Notes: generated by a model from the sequence alone, not told the origin. Counted from the first letter of the stretch, positions 1 through 10,263 are shown. The stretch is DNA of 64,000 nucleotides from an uncultured Clostridia bacterium (GCA_934476455.1 CAKSNY010000002.1:10689-74688), one strand, 5' to 3'. Numbers and translations: made by a program.

Positions 1-287
1 GGTGGCTTTTGCCCGGCGAAATGATAGAGCTTTACGAAAAAGGCGTAAAAAACATAGTTTGCACACAGCCCTTCGGCTGTTTGCCGAACCATATTTTCGG
101 AAAAGGTATGATGAAGCCGCTTAAAGATAAAATGCCCGATCTTAATATCGTGGCAATAGATTACGACCCCGGCGCAACGCGCGTAAATCAGGAAAACAGA
201 ATTAAACTGATGCTTTCGGCGGCGCGCCCTCTGTTTGAAAAAGAAATCGGTGAAACAGAGAAAAAAACTGTAAAAACAGCAAAATAG
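1..287 (+). CDS. C-terminal fragment (truncated by window edge) of a 2-hydroxyacyl-CoA dehydratase / CoA-substrate-specific enzyme activase-related protein
   Basis: ORF runs off the 5' edge; motif QPFGCLPNHIFGKG typical of the C-terminus of large activase-associated (DUF2229-like) proteins. Confidence 0.4.
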   Translation, partial: WLLPGEMIELYEKGVKNIVCTQPFGCLPNHIFGKGMMKPLKDKMPDLNIVAIDYDPGATRVNQENRIKLMLSAARPLFEKEIGETEKKTVKTAK

Positions 288-290
288 ATA

Positions 291-319
291 TTTACTATTT
301 TTGTCACTTATAGTATAAT
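291..319 (+). promoter_or_regulatory. putative sigma70-type promoter of hpf (-35 TTTACT, 17-nt spacer, -10 TATAAT)
   Basis: hexamers read directly at 291-296 and 314-319, ~80 nt upstream of hpf start. Confidence 0.3.
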
Positions 320-399
320 TAAGTTGAAAAGGGAGAACCTTTTTCGGGGAGGGTGAGAGGTATCTTGTCCGACACGCAACATTTTAAGGAGGGGCACAT

Positions 400-921
400 A
401 TGAAGACCAACATTTATTCAAGAAAAGTGGAACTCAGCGAAGAAAAGAAAAACGCACTGACGAAGAAAATCGAAAAGCTGGGAAAGTTTTTTGACGATGA
501 TGTTACGGCTGACATCTCGGTATCAACGCAGCGCGACAAGGTGATTGTAGAGGTAACGGTTCGCACCCCGGATATGATTTTCCGTGCGGAAGAGCGCGAC
601 GACATACTCCTTAATGCGGCGGATGAGATTGTAGAATCCATTCAGCGCCAGATTCGCAAAAATAAAACACGCCTTGCAAAAAGACTTCGCCAGGGAGATG
701 TAAAGGCATTCGAAAGCTTTACGGCGGACGAGCCGGAAAGCGAAATAAAAATCGTAAAAACAAAAACACACCATATTAAGCCGATGAGCGCCGAAGAAGC
801 GGTGCTTCAGATGAATATGCTCGGACATTCGTTTTTTGTATTTTTGGATGCCGCAACGGATGAAACAAGAATAGTATACCGCAGAAAAGACGGAAATTAC
901 GGACTTATCGAAACTGAATGA
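400..921 (+). CDS. hpf: ribosome hibernation promoting factor, long form (RaiA/HPF family)
   Basis: 173 aa; N-terminal S30AE-type domain (MKTNIYSRKVELSEE...) plus C-terminal dimerisation extension; GGAGG RBS. Confidence 0.85.
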   Translation: MKTNIYSRKVELSEEKKNALTKKIEKLGKFFDDDVTADISVSTQRDKVIVEVTVRTPDMIFRAEERDDILLNAADEIVESIQRQIRKNKTRLAKRLRQGDVKAFESFTADEPESEIKIVKTKTHHIKPMSAEEAVLQMNMLGHSFFVFLDAATDETRIVYRRKDGNYGLIETE

Positions 922-1511
922 TAACCGTAAATGAAGTCATTATTGTAGAAGGTAAGTATGATAAAGCCGCAATAGAGCGCGTGTGCAGCAGCCCCGTTTT
1001 CACAACGGAGGGGTTTAGGATTTTCTCGGACAGGCAAAAGGTACGTTTTCTGAGAGAAATGGCAAAAAAACGCGGGCTTTTGGTTCTGACGGATTCGGAC
1101 AGAGCGGGTTTTATGATAAGAAACCGCATAAAGGCGGTTGTAAAAGAGGGTATTGTGCACCATGCATATATTCCGGAGGTTTTCGGAAAGGAGCGGCGCA
1201 AAAAATCCCCGTCAAAGGAGGGTAAAATAGGGGTTGAAGGTTTTGATGACGCAGCGCTTTTGGCTGTGCTTGAAAAATATGCAGCCCCGCGTAGAGAAGA
1301 TGAGGCCGAAATAACGAAAAAAGATCTTTACGCATGCGGACTGTACGGCGGCGCGAACTGCGCCGCCGTGCGCTCTGAGCTTTGCAAAAAGCTGGGAATA
1401 CCGCAGGCAATATCGGTAAACGCTTTGGTACAGGCGCTTAGCGTGCTTTTAACAAAAGATGAACTATATGATTTTGCGGAGAGATTTCAATGTACGACGG
1501 ACACAGATTAA
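918..1511 (+). CDS. rnmV: ribonuclease M5 (Toprim domain)
   Basis: N-terminal VIIVEGKYDKAAI...LVLTDSDRAG Toprim motifs; 4-nt overlap with hpf stop. Confidence 0.8.
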   Translation: MITVNEVIIVEGKYDKAAIERVCSSPVFTTEGFRIFSDRQKVRFLREMAKKRGLLVLTDSDRAGFMIRNRIKAVVKEGIVHHAYIPEVFGKERRKKSPSKEGKIGVEGFDDAALLAVLEKYAAPRREDEAEITKKDLYACGLYGGANCAAVRSELCKKLGIPQAISVNALVQALSVLLTKDELYDFAERFQCTTDTD

Positions 1512-2164
1512 GGGTGAAAAAACGATTTGCTTCCGAGGGTTTTTCCTCCTTTCAGGATTATGAGGTATTGGAGCTTCTTTTATTTTACGCCATACCCCAA
1601 GGGGATGTTAAGCCGCTGGCAAAAAAGCTTTTAGCACATTTTCATACGCTTCGGGCAGTTTTTGACGCGGATATTGAGAGTTTAAAGAAAGTAAGCGGAA
1701 TCGGTGAGCATACCGCCACGCTGATAACAATGATTCCGCAGCTTTCGCAGTTTTACGTGTCGCTTGCTTCGCGCGACAAAAAGACTATTTCAAGCACAGC
1801 CGAGGCGGGGCGGTATGTTTGTGATATGATAGGGGCAAATGCGGTGGAGGTTTTCTCTGTTATATGCCTCGATTCAAAAAGGCGCGTGCTTGCGTTTAAA
1901 AATATTGAAACAGGCACGGTAACGCAGGCAAATGTACATCCGAGAAAGGTTGTGGAATTTGCCATAAGGCATAATGCCGCAGCGGTTATACTGGCGCATA
2001 ATCACCCATCGGGAACGATGCAGGCATCCGAAAACGACAGGATGATTACAAGGCAGCTGTGCGATTTGTTTGAGGGACTGGGCATACATGTGATAGATCA
2101 TATAATAGCCGCAGGTCCGACAAGATTTTTGAGTATGAGTGATAACGGCATTATGCCGAATTAG
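1490..2164 (+). CDS. radC: RadC/UPF0758 JAB-domain protein
   Basis: HHH N-terminus (LELLLFYAIPQGDVKPLAKKLL) and JAMM motif (ILAHNHPSG). Confidence 0.85.
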   Translation: MYDGHRLRVKKRFASEGFSSFQDYEVLELLLFYAIPQGDVKPLAKKLLAHFHTLRAVFDADIESLKKVSGIGEHTATLITMIPQLSQFYVSLASRDKKTISSTAEAGRYVCDMIGANAVEVFSVICLDSKRRVLAFKNIETGTVTQANVHPRKVVEFAIRHNAAAVILAHNHPSGTMQASENDRMITRQLCDLFEGLGIHVIDHIIAAGPTRFLSMSDNGIMPN

Positions 2165-2180
2165 AAAGGATTTGATTGTT

Positions 2181-2618
2181 ATGACGCTTGCCAATCTTCA
2201 AAAGGATATGATTGCAGCGATGAAATCGCAGGACAAGGTAAGAAAGGGTGTAATATCTTCACTTATTGCAGCGGTAAAAAAATACGGAATAGACAACGGT
2301 GTAAGAAACGATATTACAGAGGAAATGACAGACAGCGTTATTTTAAAAGAGCTTAAAAGCGCGAAAGAGCAGCTTGACACATGCCCGCCCGAGCGTACAG
2401 AGCTTTTGTCAGAATATAAAACGAATTACGAAATAATAAAAGAGTATGCCCCAGAGCTTATGTCGGAGGAGGAAATCAGAAACTTTATACAAAAAAACTG
2501 TGCAGACGTTATCGCAACGAAAAACAAAGGAATGATTATGAAAACCGTTATGGCTTCACTTCGCGGTAAGGCAGACGGCAAGGTTATAAACGCGGTTGTT
2601 GCGGAGCTTTGCAAATAA
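2181..2618 (+). CDS. GatB/YqeY domain protein
   Basis: MTLANLQKDMIAAMKSQDK... typical YqeY N-terminus; ORF track start 2139 probably too far upstream. Confidence 0.75.
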   Translation: MTLANLQKDMIAAMKSQDKVRKGVISSLIAAVKKYGIDNGVRNDITEEMTDSVILKELKSAKEQLDTCPPERTELLSEYKTNYEIIKEYAPELMSEEEIRNFIQKNCADVIATKNKGMIMKTVMASLRGKADGKVINAVVAELCK

Positions 2619-2666
2619 AAAATCCGCGTTTACTTTAGGCGTGCCGGCTTTATCGGCGCGCTTAAT

Positions 2667-2700
2667 CCGCAAGTTTTTGCTTGCGGAGTATTTTATGTTT
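2667..2700 (+). terminator. putative intrinsic terminator (ccgcaag-loop-cttgcgg then U-rich)
   Basis: hairpin read at 2667-2686 followed by agtattttatgttt. Confidence 0.35.
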
Positions 2701-2714
2701 AGAGAAGTGATAAA

Positions 2715-3908
2715 ATGGATTACGGTGTTTTTAAAGATTTGGCAATTATAATAGTAGCGGCTAAGCTTATGGGGCTTTTGGCGCGTAAAATAAATGTGCC
2801 GCAGGTTGTTGGCGAAATACTTGCGGGGCTTTTGATAGGACCAAGCATTTTGGGATTTGTGGATCAGTCTGACTTTCTTTCCCAAATGGCTGAGATAGGC
2901 GTTATTTTACTTATGTTTTCAGCCGGATTGGGGACAAACCTGCGCGATATGGTACGCACGGGTCCTACAGCGTGCCTTATAGCGCTTTCCGGCGTATGTG
3001 TGCCGCTTTTGTGCGGAACGCTTCTTTATATGGCGTTTTACGGGTTTGACGCCGTAGGCTCACCCGAGTTTTTTAAGGCATTGTTTGTAGGTACAATTCT
3101 TACGGCAACGTCTGTAAGCATAACGGTTAAGGCGCTGAGCGAAATGGGCAAGCTTAAAAGCGAAATAGGAACAATGCTTGTAAGCGCAGCCATTATAGAC
3201 GATGTTATGGGCATAATCGTGCTTACGGTTGTAATAGGTCTTGGCACGGGAAAGGGCGGCGGCTCTGCCGTTTTGCCGGTTATATTGCGCACGGCGATGT
3301 TTTTTGTCTTTGCCGGCGTATTGGGAGTTGTTATCTATAAAATATTTAAAAGGCTGGACAGTGCATACAAACACACTCAGCGTATACCGATTTTGGGTCT
3401 GGCGCTGTGTATGTATATGTCATACGCGGCGGAACGGTATTTCGGTGTTGCGGATATTACGGGCGCATTTGTTGCGGGAATTATACTTTGCAACATAAAA
3501 GACGCCGGCTACATAGAAGAAAAAATGAATATAAATTCATATATGCTTTTCGGACCGGTATTTTTTGCGGGTATAGGGCTTAAAACGGATATTTCGCATC
3601 TGTCCGGCGGTATAATACTGTTTGGGGTTTTCTTTGTTATAGTGGCGCTTCTTTCAAAAATTATAGGCTGCGGGCTTATGGCAAAAGTGTGCGGCTACAG
3701 CTTATCGGACGCGCTTAAGGTGGGAGTAGGTATGATGACGCGCGGCGAGGTTGCGCTTATTGTTGCCCAGAAGGGGCTTTCGGTAAAAATCATAGGAGCC
3801 GATATGTTTACGCCCGTAATTTTACTTATAATAATCTCGTCAATACTTACACCTATAGTTCTTAAGTTTTTATATTCGCGCGGGGGTGAGGAAGCTGTCA
3901 CTGCCTGA
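2715..3908 (+). CDS. cation:proton antiporter (CPA2/Kef-type Na+/H+ exchanger)
   Basis: 397-aa polytopic membrane protein, N-terminus MDYGVFKDLAIIIVAAKLMGLLARKINVPQVVGEILAGLLIGPSILG typical of the CPA2 family. Confidence 0.8.
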   Translation: MDYGVFKDLAIIIVAAKLMGLLARKINVPQVVGEILAGLLIGPSILGFVDQSDFLSQMAEIGVILLMFSAGLGTNLRDMVRTGPTACLIALSGVCVPLLCGTLLYMAFYGFDAVGSPEFFKALFVGTILTATSVSITVKALSEMGKLKSEIGTMLVSAAIIDDVMGIIVLTVVIGLGTGKGGGSAVLPVILRTAMFFVFAGVLGVVIYKIFKRLDSAYKHTQRIPILGLALCMYMSYAAERYFGVADITGAFVAGIILCNIKDAGYIEEKMNINSYMLFGPVFFAGIGLKTDISHLSGGIILFGVFFVIVALLSKIIGCGLMAKVCGYSLSDALKVGVGMMTRGEVALIVAQKGLSVKIIGADMFTPVILLIIISSILTPIVLKFLYSRGGEEAVTA

Positions 3909-4590
3909 TATAGATTTATTTTTAACGCCGCGGCTTAAAATGGTGGCAGATGCCGTGCCCGAAAGCCGCGTTGTATGTGACATCGGCACAGACCATGCGT
4001 ATGTGCCGATTTATCTTATAAAAAACAAAATCTGCCGAAGCTGTATAGCTGCCGACATAAGGAAAGGCCCTTTAAAAGCGGCGCAGGAAAATATAAAAAA
4101 ATTCGGCGTTGAAAATGATGTTAAGCCGCGTTTATCCGATGGGTTTTGCGCACTTTCGCAATTTGAAGCGGAAACCGCAATAATTGCGGGAATGGGCGGC
4201 GAAACAATAGCAAAAATTTTGGAAAAAGATACAGGCGTGAAAAATTTTGTGCTTCAGCCGCAGACGGCAAAGGCTTTTTTGCGCTTGTTTTTACAGCAGA
4301 ACGGATACCTTATAAAAAAAGAATATCTGTGCAGAGAGGGCGAAAAAATGTATGTGTGCATTTTTGCCGTGCGCGGAAAAATGCCCCCTCTTTCTGAAAC
4401 GGAGGCACAAATAGGACCGATGCTTATAAAAGAGCGTCCGCCGCTTTTTAAAGAGTATGTACGTTACAGAAAGCGCGAGATAGACTGTGCGCTTGAAAAA
4501 ATGCGCTTTGCAGGCAGCGCTTGGCATAGACGTGAAGAATTTGAAAATCTGAAAGCCGAGTATGAAAGGCTTATTGATGAAAGGGTGTGA
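3886..4590 (+). CDS. trmK: tRNA (adenine22-N1)-methyltransferase TrmK family
   Basis: YqfN/TrmK-like SAM-MTase motifs (VCDIGTDHAYVPIYL); true start possibly at 3940 (MVADAV). Confidence 0.7.
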   Translation: MRKLSLPDIDLFLTPRLKMVADAVPESRVVCDIGTDHAYVPIYLIKNKICRSCIAADIRKGPLKAAQENIKKFGVENDVKPRLSDGFCALSQFEAETAIIAGMGGETIAKILEKDTGVKNFVLQPQTAKAFLRLFLQQNGYLIKKEYLCREGEKMYVCIFAVRGKMPPLSETEAQIGPMLIKERPPLFKEYVRYRKREIDCALEKMRFAGSAWHRREEFENLKAEYERLIDERV

Positions 4591-4594
4591 AAGT

Positions 4595-5383
4595 ATGGTT
4601 TCGCTTAAAGAGATTGAAGCATTTTTGGAGGAAAGATTTCCGCCGCAGTATAAAGAAGATTACGACAATATCGGGCATCTGGCGGGATTTTCGGATATAC
4701 GGACGGAGAATGTGCTTTTATGCCTTGACGTAACGGCAGACGTTGTGCGCGAAGCGGCGGCACGCGGCGCCCGTATTATAATTTCGCACCACCCCGTAAT
4801 TTTTTCGGGGGTAAAAAGCATTACAGATGAAACACCGGCAGGGGAGGCGCTGCTGCTTAGTGCAAAGCTTGGAATGGGTATTTACAGCGCACACACAAAT
4901 GCAGACAGCGCGCCGAACGGATTAACGGATTTTATTGTGAAAAAGCTGGGGCTTAAAACTGTCGGTACGCTTACGGGTTCATTGGGAAGAATATGCGTGC
5001 CGAATACAAAAATGTCCGCCTCACAGCTTTGCAGCCGCATAAAAAAAGAATTTTTTGTAAAACATCTTTACTCCACGTTAAAAGAAGATCGCCCCGTAGA
5101 AAAAATAGCCGTTGTAAACGGCGGCGGGGGCGGCGATACGGCGCTGCTTGCAGCAGAGTGCGGAGCGGATATATACATATCGGGTGACTTAAAGCACCAC
5201 GAACATATGCTTTTCTCTTCGCTTCAAGGTATTGATTTTATAGAAATGCGGCATTATGACAGTGAGTTTTGCATAACGCAGCTTTTAAAAGAGGAGTTAA
5301 AATCCCGCTTTAAGGATGACCTCGGTGTGTTTATTTCCGAGAAAAACAAAAATCCTTTAATTGACACAGATAATATATTGTGA
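4595..5383 (+). CDS. Nif3-like dinuclear metal centre protein (YqfO family)
   Basis: MVSLKEIEAFLEERFP...NIG N-terminus and C-terminal HH motif; start moved to ATG 4595 directly after trmK stop. Confidence 0.8.
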   Translation: MVSLKEIEAFLEERFPPQYKEDYDNIGHLAGFSDIRTENVLLCLDVTADVVREAAARGARIIISHHPVIFSGVKSITDETPAGEALLLSAKLGMGIYSAHTNADSAPNGLTDFIVKKLGLKTVGTLTGSLGRICVPNTKMSASQLCSRIKKEFFVKHLYSTLKEDRPVEKIAVVNGGGGGDTALLAAECGADIYISGDLKHHEHMLFSSLQGIDFIEMRHYDSEFCITQLLKEELKSRFKDDLGVFISEKNKNPLIDTDNIL

Positions 5384-5389
5384 TAGAAT
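5361..5389 (+). promoter_or_regulatory. putative rnpB promoter (-35 TTGACA, 17 nt, -10 TAGAAT)
   Basis: hexamers at 5361-5366 and 5384-5389, 7 nt upstream of the RNase P RNA 5' end; overlaps end of Nif3 gene. Confidence 0.4.
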
Positions 5390-5395
5390 AACAGG

Positions 5396-5768
5396 GGTTA
5401 TAAGCAGCCTGAACGGTCGCGGCAGCGTATAAGCTGATGAGGAAAGTCCGAGCTACGCAGGACAGGATGCCGGAGAAATCCCGGTGAAGGCGACTTTAAG
5501 GAAAGTGCAACAGAAATAAACCGCCGCACCTTGTGCGGTAAGGGTGGAAAGGCGGGGTAAGAGCCCACCGACATTGCGGTAACGCAGTGTGCCATGTAAA
5601 CCCCATCCGTAGCAACGCCGACAGGATTGGCTTGTCCGGCCTATAATCCGAAGGGCGGCTGGAGCTGTGCAGAGATGCACAGCGTAGACAGATGACCGTT
5701 TCGGGGGTAAGGTGCAGAAAACATCAAGCCCCTATGACAGAACTCGGCTTACAGGGCAGCTTATAACA
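5396..5768 (+). ncRNA. rnpB: RNase P RNA (bacterial)
   Basis: universal P4 strands GAGGAAAGTCCGAGC (5'-side) and ACAGAACTCGGCTTACAG (3'-side); P1 pairing between gttataagcagcctg (5397-5411) and cagggcagcttataac (5752-5767). Confidence 0.85.
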
Positions 5769-5775
5769 TAAAAAG

Positions 5776-5818
5776 GGCGTGCGGCAAAGTGCTTTTATTT
5801 TGCCGCGCGCCTTTTTGC
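5776..5818 (+). terminator. intrinsic terminator downstream of rnpB
   Basis: GC-rich imperfect hairpin ggcgtgcggcaaa...tttgccgcgcgcc followed by ttttt. Confidence 0.55.
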
Positions 5819-5846
5819 ATTCCGGATTTTTTTAACACCCCTTTTA
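5810..5846 (+). repeat. partial copy (3' module) of the multi-copy intergenic repeat element
   Basis: cctttttgcattccggatttttttaacacccctttt matches the 3' module of the copies at 17366-17404, 47887-47923 and 53259-53300. Confidence 0.5.
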
Positions 5847-5938
5847 CGGTAAAATCTTTTAATTTCAGGCATATATTGACTTTTTCTTTGTTGTGTGGTA
5901 TACATAATAGTAGATAAAACTGCAAGGGAGAATAAATT

Positions 5939-7039
5939 ATGAAAAGGATTATTTCCTTTTTTGCAATTTTTATATTTATTTTTGGAGTAAATGCTTTTGC
6001 GTATGAGGATACGTTTGTTTCTCTTTCGGTAAACGGTATTTCGCAGGCACCGGACGGAAGCGTTTTTATACGCGACGGTATAACATATGCCGACGCCCGC
6101 GCCCTTTCGGAGGCTATGAACTATAGCTTTAAGGAATATTCAACGCATGACAGCGCGCTGATAAACAGCGGCAACTTGTCTGTGTGCATCACGCCCGAAA
6201 CAGATTATATAACGGTTGCAGACCTTACGGGAACTTCTATTTACGAATATGTTTTTCATAAGCTTTCGGCGCCGTGCCTTTATGCAAACGACAAATTTTA
6301 CATACCTGTGCGCGACTTTGCAAAGATTTTTAACTACTCGCTTAATTTCAGCCAGGAGCTTTTGACGGTATATCTTGACCGCAGCCAAAAGACATTTACC
6401 GCCGCACCTGTGGAGGATATTATAGGAGAGGCGCAGACGGAGGCATTGTTTATATTCGAGGGCAGCCAGCTGCCGGACGGGCATACGTACTTTTTCCAAA
6501 ACCAGGCGGAATTTGCACTGCCGAATTTTGGAAGCGGATATTGCTGGGCGTGTTCGTATGCAATGCTTTTGTCAAACGTTACCTTCTCGCGCATAACGCC
6601 TGCCGATGTTGCACAGATAAACCTGCGCCGTACAAAGAGCGGGGCGTATTGCTACCACTATGATATTATTTCGGAATACAATGTAAGTTTTGTTTCGGCG
6701 CTGCCGGAAAGCAGCCGCTATTACGGCGGGCGCGATATGGTGTCGGGCGGAACGTTTATAAAAAACCCCGAAAAAAGCGATACCGTTGTAATTGCCGCTC
6801 TCAGAGAGGCGCTGTCGCTGCACCCCGAGGGGATAATGGTGCGTTATGCGGGCTATCCGCATACAATGGTTGCGGTGGGCTTTGACCACGATAAAATAAT
6901 ATTTTACGACCCCGCGCCGACATCTTCTTCCGAGTACAGCGAAACGGGAAGATATATGGGCGTAGGGTTTGAGGAAACCTGCGTCGGCAAAAAAGGTTTT
7001 TCACTGTCTGATGTTACGTTTATACAGGCGATAAAATAG
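5939..7039 (+). CDS. secreted protein: signal peptide, copper-amine-oxidase-N-like stalk domains, C-terminal C39-like (BtrH_N-type) cysteine peptidase domain
   Basis: N-terminal signal MKRIISFFAIFIFIFGVNAFA; two stalk-like repeats; Cys motif GYCWACSYAMLLS and His motif HTMVAVGFDHD. Confidence 0.5.
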   Translation: MKRIISFFAIFIFIFGVNAFAYEDTFVSLSVNGISQAPDGSVFIRDGITYADARALSEAMNYSFKEYSTHDSALINSGNLSVCITPETDYITVADLTGTSIYEYVFHKLSAPCLYANDKFYIPVRDFAKIFNYSLNFSQELLTVYLDRSQKTFTAAPVEDIIGEAQTEALFIFEGSQLPDGHTYFFQNQAEFALPNFGSGYCWACSYAMLLSNVTFSRITPADVAQINLRRTKSGAYCYHYDIISEYNVSFVSALPESSRYYGGRDMVSGGTFIKNPEKSDTVVIAALREALSLHPEGIMVRYAGYPHTMVAVGFDHDKIIFYDPAPTSSSEYSETGRYMGVGFEETCVGKKGFSLSDVTFIQAIK

Positions 7040-7056
7040 TTTTTGGAGATGATTGT

Positions 7057-8082
7057 ATGAGTATTGAAAGAAAGGCGTTCGGAACGCTTGACAACAAAGA
7101 TATTTATTTATTTGTGCTTGATAACGGCTGCGGGCTTAGCGCCGAAATTATAAACTACGGCGGAATTGTGCGCGCGCTTACGTTTAAAGGGACGGATGTT
7201 GTACTCGGGCGCGACACACTGGAGGAGTATCTTGAAAATAACGGCTGCTTCGGCGCGCTTATCGGCAGAAATTCAAACAGAATAGCGGGAGCGTCGTTTG
7301 TTTTAAACGGAAAAAAATATGCGCTGGCGGTAAACAACATAAAGGCAAACCTGCACGGCGGCAATGTGGGCTTTAATAAAAAAGTGTGGGATGCGTCCGC
7401 GCTTGACGGGGACGAACCCTCGCTTGTGCTTACACTTAAAAGCCCGGACGGGGAGGAGGGCTTCCCCGGGAATGCCGACATTAAGGTTACATATACGCTT
7501 ACGCGTGACAATGCGCTTAAAATACATTATGAAGGCGTTTGCGACCAAGACAGTATAATAAATCTTACAAACCACACGTATTTTAACCTTAACGGGCATA
7601 AAAGCGGCACAGTAGACAATCATACGCTTAAATTGCTCAGTGATTTTTACACGCCGAACACACCCGAATGTTACCCCACGGGAGAAGTTCTTAAGACAGA
7701 GGGTACGCCGTTTGATTTGCGCCAGGGAAAGCTGCTTGGCGATGTATTTAATTCGGACTGTGAGCAGATAAGGCTGTTTAACGGGTTTGACCATAATTTT
7801 GCGCTCAGCGGGTTCGGTATGCGTTTGTGCGGAACTCTTAAGGGCGATAAAACAGGTATAGAAATGGAGCTTTTGACAGACCGCCCCGCAGTACAGATTT
7901 ACACGGGCAACAGCATACAGCAGGGAAGAATTTGCAAAAACGGGGCGGTGTACCCCGTACACGGCGGCGTTTGCCTTGAAACACAGGTGTTCCCGAATTT
8001 TACGGCAAACTCGCATTTCCCGGGCGGATTTGTAAAAAGCGGTGAAAAGTACGATACAGTGACGGAATATAGGTTTAAGTAA
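7057..8082 (+). CDS. galM: aldose 1-epimerase (galactose mutarotase)
   Basis: 341 aa with conserved mutarotase motifs (NLHGG, NHTYFNL, ETQ...PN). Confidence 0.85.
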   Translation: MSIERKAFGTLDNKDIYLFVLDNGCGLSAEIINYGGIVRALTFKGTDVVLGRDTLEEYLENNGCFGALIGRNSNRIAGASFVLNGKKYALAVNNIKANLHGGNVGFNKKVWDASALDGDEPSLVLTLKSPDGEEGFPGNADIKVTYTLTRDNALKIHYEGVCDQDSIINLTNHTYFNLNGHKSGTVDNHTLKLLSDFYTPNTPECYPTGEVLKTEGTPFDLRQGKLLGDVFNSDCEQIRLFNGFDHNFALSGFGMRLCGTLKGDKTGIEMELLTDRPAVQIYTGNSIQQGRICKNGAVYPVHGGVCLETQVFPNFTANSHFPGGFVKSGEKYDTVTEYRFK

Positions 8083-8091
8083 ATAAGCATA

Positions 8092-8135
8092 AAAAACAGC
8101 CGCAACAAAATCATTTTGTTGCGGCTGTTTTTGTG
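8092..8135. terminator. bidirectional intrinsic terminator between convergent galM and glnA
   Basis: hairpin cagccgcaacaaaa-tca-ttttgttgcggctg flanked by A-run and T-run. Confidence 0.55.
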
Positions 8136-8160
8136 CTTATTTGAACGATATACAGGCGAT

Positions 8161-10263
8161 TTATTTTACACTGTAGAGAATGTCGCTGTAATCCGGGTAC
8201 GGCCAAAAGTCGCGGCGCGTAATTGTTTCAAGCTCGTCCGCAGCATAGCGGAGAACGTTCATATCGTTAAGCACGGTATTGCAGAAAAACTGAGCCTCTT
8301 TAAGTGCGTCGCCCGAAAGCCCGGCAGCGGTAACAACAGATTCTTCAAGGCGGGCTGTGCGTTCGGACATTTCGTTAAGAAGCAGCGAGGCTCTGCGTGC
8401 GGTTTTTTCTTCGTACTCGCACGGAATATCCTTTATTATTGCCCTGCGTGAGGAAACGGTGTCGGTAAGGCTTTTAATAAACAACGAAACTGCGGGCATA
8501 ATATCCTTTTTTGCCATTTCAATCATCGTGAGAGCCTCTATATTTACAACCTTGCAGTAGTTTTCAAGCATTATTTCATAGCGCGAGTGTATCTCAGCCT
8601 CGGAATAAATGCGGTGTGTTCTGAAAAGCTCTATATTTTTTTCATCGAGCATATGCGGCAGGCAGTCGGGTGTTGTCGGAAGATTTGCAAGACCGCGTTT
8701 TTTAGCTTCTGCAAGCCATTTGTCATCATAGCCGTTGCCGTTAAATATAATGCTCTTATGTTCTTTGATTGTGCGCACTATAAGGTCATGCAGCGCGCCT
8801 TCAAAGTTCGGGGCGGACTCAAGCTCGTCTGCAAAAAGGCGCAGGCTTTCCGCAACAGCGGCATTTATTACAACATTTGCGTCGGATATTGACGCCGTAG
8901 AGCCAAGCATACGAAATTCAAACTTGTTTCCCGTAAAGGCAAACGGGCTTGTGCGGTTTCGGTCGGTGGTATCTTTCGGAAAACGCGGAATTACGTGTAC
9001 GCCTATTTTCATCTGTACCTTTTCCTTTGCGTCATATGCACGGTCGGTTTCTATGGCTTCTAAAATCTCGCTTAATTCATCGCCCAAAAACATAGAAACA
9101 ACGGCGGGCGGCGCTTCATTAGCGCCAAGGCGGTGGTCGTTTCCGGCGCTTGCAACAGATATGCGCAAAAGCTCCTGATAATCGTCAACAGCCTTTATAA
9201 CCGCGCATAGAAACAGCAAAAACTGTGCGTTTTCGTACGGAGTTTCGCCCGGGTCAAGCAAATTCTTACCTGTGTTTGTGGACATAGACCAGTTGTTATG
9301 CTTGCCGCTGCCGTTTACCCCCTCAAAGGGTTTTTCGTGAAGAAGGCACACCATACCATGGCGCCTGGCAACCTTTTGCATCATTTCCATTGTAAGCTGG
9401 TTATGGTCGGTTGCTATGTTTGTTGTTGAAAATATGGGTGCAAGCTCATGCTGTGCGGGCGCTACCTCGTTATGCTCCGTCTTTGCAAGCACGCCGAGCG
9501 CCCACAGCTCCTCGTCAAGATCTTTCATAAAGTCGGCAACGCGTGATTTTATGCTGCCGTAGTAATGGTCCTCCATCTCCTGCCCTTTGGGCGGCTTTGC
9601 GCCAAAGAGGGTGCGCCCGGCAGAGATTAGGTCGGGGCGTTTTTGATACACGCTTTCATCTATAAGAAAGTATTCCTGTTCGGGACCTACGGTGGTTTTT
9701 ACGCTTGTAACCTCGGTATTGCCGAAAAGCCGCAAAATACGAACCGCCTGGCGGTCTATTGCCTCCATAGAACGAAGAAGAGGCGTTTTTTTATCAAGCG
9801 CTTCGCCGCCGTAGGCACAAAACGCCGTAGGAATACAAAGTGTTTTTCCTTTTATAAAGGCATAACTTGTGGGGTCCCACGCGGTGTAGCCGCGTGCCTC
9901 AAACGTTGCCCTAAGCCCGCCCGACGGAAAAGAAGACGCGTCCGACTCTCCCTGAACAAGTTCCTTGCCGGAAAATTCCATAATAACGCTTCCGTCGTCA
10001 TTGGGCGAGATAAAGCTGTCGTGCTTTTCTGCCGTAATACCCGTCATAGGCTGGAACCAATGCGTGTAATGCGTTGCGCCTTTTTCAATAGCCCAGTCGC
10101 GCATGGAATTGGCGACTACGTTTGCAACGTTTATATCAAGGCGCTTGCCATCCTTTATGGCTTTTTGCATCGCCTTGTAGATGTCCTTGGGCAAACGCTC
10201 TCTCATCACGCTTGCATTAAATACTTTACAGCCGAAAAGCTCCGTCACAGTACTCATACGCAT
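8161..10263 (-). CDS. glnA: glutamine synthetase type III (GlnN-like)
   Basis: ~700-aa GS with N-terminus [27 protein letters not shown] typical of GSIII; start set at MRMS (10263) with GGTTGTG RBS; ORF track N-extension rejected. Confidence 0.85.
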   Translation of the reverse strand: MRMSTVTELFGCKVFNASVMRERLPKDIYKAMQKAIKDGKRLDINVANVVANSMRDWAIEKGATHYTHWFQPMTGITAEKHDSFISPNDDGSVIMEFSGKELVQGESDASSFPSGGLRATFEARGYTAWDPTSYAFIKGKTLCIPTAFCAYGGEALDKKTPLLRSMEAIDRQAVRILRLFGNTEVTSVKTTVGPEQEYFLIDESVYQKRPDLISAGRTLFGAKPPKGQEMEDHYYGSIKSRVADFMKDLDEELWALGVLAKTEHNEVAPAQHELAPIFSTTNIATDHNQLTMEMMQKVARRHGMVCLLHEKPFEGVNGSGKHNNWSMSTNTGKNLLDPGETPYENAQFLLFLCAVIKAVDDYQELLRISVASAGNDHRLGANEAPPAVVSMFLGDELSEILEAIETDRAYDAKEKVQMKIGVHVIPRFPKDTTDRNRTSPFAFTGNKFEFRMLGSTASISDANVVINAAVAESLRLFADELESAPNFEGALHDLIVRTIKEHKSIIFNGNGYDDKWLAEAKKRGLANLPTTPDCLPHMLDEKNIELFRTHRIYSEAEIHSRYEIMLENYCKVVNIEALTMIEMAKKDIMPAVSLFIKSLTDTVSSRRAIIKDIPCEYEEKTARRASLLLNEMSERTARLEESVVTAAGLSGDALKEAQFFCNTVLNDMNVLRYAADELETITRRDFWPYPDYSDILYSVK

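Noticed and set aside
288-399. hpf 5' UTR as a possible raiA-motif RNA
   Set aside because: Only ~80 nt lie between the promoter and the start codon, too short for that ~200-nt motif, and no conserved structure is recognisable.
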